In this document: one piece after another, positions 62,189 through 64,000 of the stretch
Layout of the letters: each line of letters begins with the position of its first letter
Position numbering within the stretch: the first letter of the stretch is position 1
Assembly: GCA_002633005.1 (NCBI GenBank)
Contig: NMRA01000862.1
Span: 1-64,000 of the forward strand
Length of the DNA stretch: 64,000 nucleotides
Origin: Phoronis australis
Taxonomy: Eukaryota; Animalia; Phoronida
Reading direction: 5' to 3'
Notes under the pieces: model-generated
Told to the model about the DNA's origin: nothing
Databases searched by the model: none
What the model saw: only the letters and a program-made list of their open reading frames with translations
Made by a program: the position numbers and the translations under genes

Positions 62189-62224
62189 ACTAGCCGTTAC
62201 CCTTTCGCACGGGCAGCAGCTAGT
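62189..62224 (+). mobile_element. 36-bp minimal Helentron-like element/terminus
   Basis: actagccgttaccctttcgcacgggcagcagctagt; inverted actagc/gctagt ends; a related terminus actagccgttacccgtgc occurs at 63107. Confidence 0.5.
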
Positions 62225-62401
62225 GGAAAACGCCGAGGGAAATAGTTACACTTAAGAGTGAACCAAGTGTTCATCGCAAGAGACAGGAACACTTCTTGAA
62301 GAGACCGCTATCAAAGCTTCAAGCAGAATTTCTGTCACTGTCAGAAATTAGTAGGCAAAGTATGCGGCTGCGGGAGTCTCATAAATTACATACTGAGGTA
62401 G

Positions 62402-62780
62402 AAAGCCAGCTAGCTGTATGAAGACTATCGTCATCACACACTGCAGCTAGGTAGCCGTGTGTAGAGCTCTGTTAAACACCGAAATTTCACACAACCCGGG
62501 TGCTCAGCTAGTCACCTCGTCGTGGAACTTAGAACTAACAAAATGCAATGGTGCATGCAGAATATGGGAATGAACAAACATTCACATTGCCTGTTACAGC
62601 CGTTCATAGAGCTAAAAAAGCTATAAACGCTAACAATGGAAAATCTGTCGTCGTTTTGAAAACGGTGCATGTTCGTGACACGCGCACGTACGCGCCATTT
62701 CCTAAAATTTCGCGATATCTCTCGAGAGATTCTTCTGAAATTGGGTTTTCTGGTATTAAAATAGTAAAAACTTGTACGCA
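62402..62780 (+). mobile_element. Helentron-like repeat family, 5' partial copy
   Basis: agctgtatgaagactatcgtca start and tcgtgacacgcgcacg..cgccatttcctaaa core shared with the 37870 copy. Confidence 0.7.
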
Positions 62781-64000
62781 ACCTAAATAGGTGACTCAAG
62801 GAAGAGTAATCAAATTTTAATGGGGCATTATTACGTTTGGCGGCGACAGGCGAGTTATACGCGACAGAAGCCGGAGGTAGTGAAATTAAGACGACCGACT
62901 GGAGTCACCAAGGACAGTACGAAACTGGCCACCCTCCCTCCGCGTCCCCGAAAAAACGGCTAGCGAGAAAATATAGGACACCTCGAATCCAAACAGGGGG
63001 CCGGTGCGTTACATAGGACCAAGGAGGTGCTGAAACGGGCGTGACGGATGTCTGTAGTGGAGCGGGGGTGAAGGAGTTTGTGCAAACGATGCATTTTTTT
63101 AACAGACTAGCCGTTACCCGTGCTTTGGCATAGAGAACATTAGATAAGCATCTTCATTGTTCCCGTTGTTATGATAAAGATAATAACAGTCATTTATCAG
63201 TAACGGTCTATTGTACACCCAGTTTTATGTATCCATGCGACCTGTGTTATTTTATCCAACACTGACACAACGAAAACAATGATATGACCGATGGGCGATA
63301 TATATGCGACGAGTTGCCATGGACAGTGGTGGAGTTTGTCTCGCCGTTGGAATGTTTTTAGAGGACTGCAAACCCGGTTTTTTGTCAGGAAGACAAGTCT
63401 TATGCGGTATTTTGTTTTAAGTCGTATGAAAAATTGTGGTTATGCCACTAAATTCATCACACATTTGATATTACAATGCATTAAGTGTACATTTGATTAA
63501 CAGAAAATCTGATTTGAAGATGTGTGAAAAGATACCCAAGAGGAAATTACAATACATAACAGCTATAAATCAAAATAATGTACTTTGTCGAGTTCATGTC
63601 TAACCCTGTTCACTGGGGAGGATATAATCGACTTTTTACAAAAATGGAGCCATGTATGGTACTATAGTCCTAGGTGGTAAGTTGTAAGACATTCAAAAGA
63701 TTCAGGAGGAACAAACTTAATGTAATATATCAAAAAACATTAAAGGCAACCTGATTTACGTGGTGGCGCAACGATCTCAGATATTTGAAAAATTCTCATT
63801 TTAGTGCAATTGAGGTGCCAGAATGATTATTATTATTATTTCATGCAATGAAAGTAATACGTTTTGTCAATATTTTGGCCAAGTTTCATTCTCATAGCAG
63901 TAGGGGTAAATTTGGTATAGCAGTGTATTAAACATAACCTCAAAATGGCATATCGGGGGATAGCGTAGTAAAACTAGTAAATGAGGGTGGTAAATCGGAA

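Overview
AT-rich, intron- and repeat-rich metazoan (marine-invertebrate-like) draft genomic DNA with three N gaps; it is not prokaryotic, and most listed short ORFs are noise. Two host loci lie on the + strand. One is a disabled thrombospondin type-1 (TSP1) repeat gene (exons ~22.8 and 25.7-26.4 kb). The other is a multi-exon secreted gene reconstructed by eye (37.6-56.4 kb): signal peptide, NIDO domain, RRRR furin-type site and at least 3 sushi/CCP domains, with exon 4 damaged by an insertion. Retroelements include a 5'-truncated Penelope-like element (RT + GIY-YIG + pLTR/tail) and RTE-X-like, L1/Tx1-like and L2-like LINE fragments. DNA-transposon relics include YqaJ-exonuclease, THAP, Sola3-like and possibly hAT-like sequences, alongside many MITEs, a Helentron-like repeat family and a ~192-bp satellite. 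The most unusual signals are (i) a small intronless PHD-finger-like reading frame on the - strand (~39.5-39.9 kb) ending directly in two tandem histone-mRNA-type 3' stem-loops with no histone gene nearby, and (ii) pervasive TA-CATG-TA motifs that repeat-copy comparisons show to be insertions, i.e. probable transposon excision footprints. All family assignments come from manual motif recognition, not database searches.
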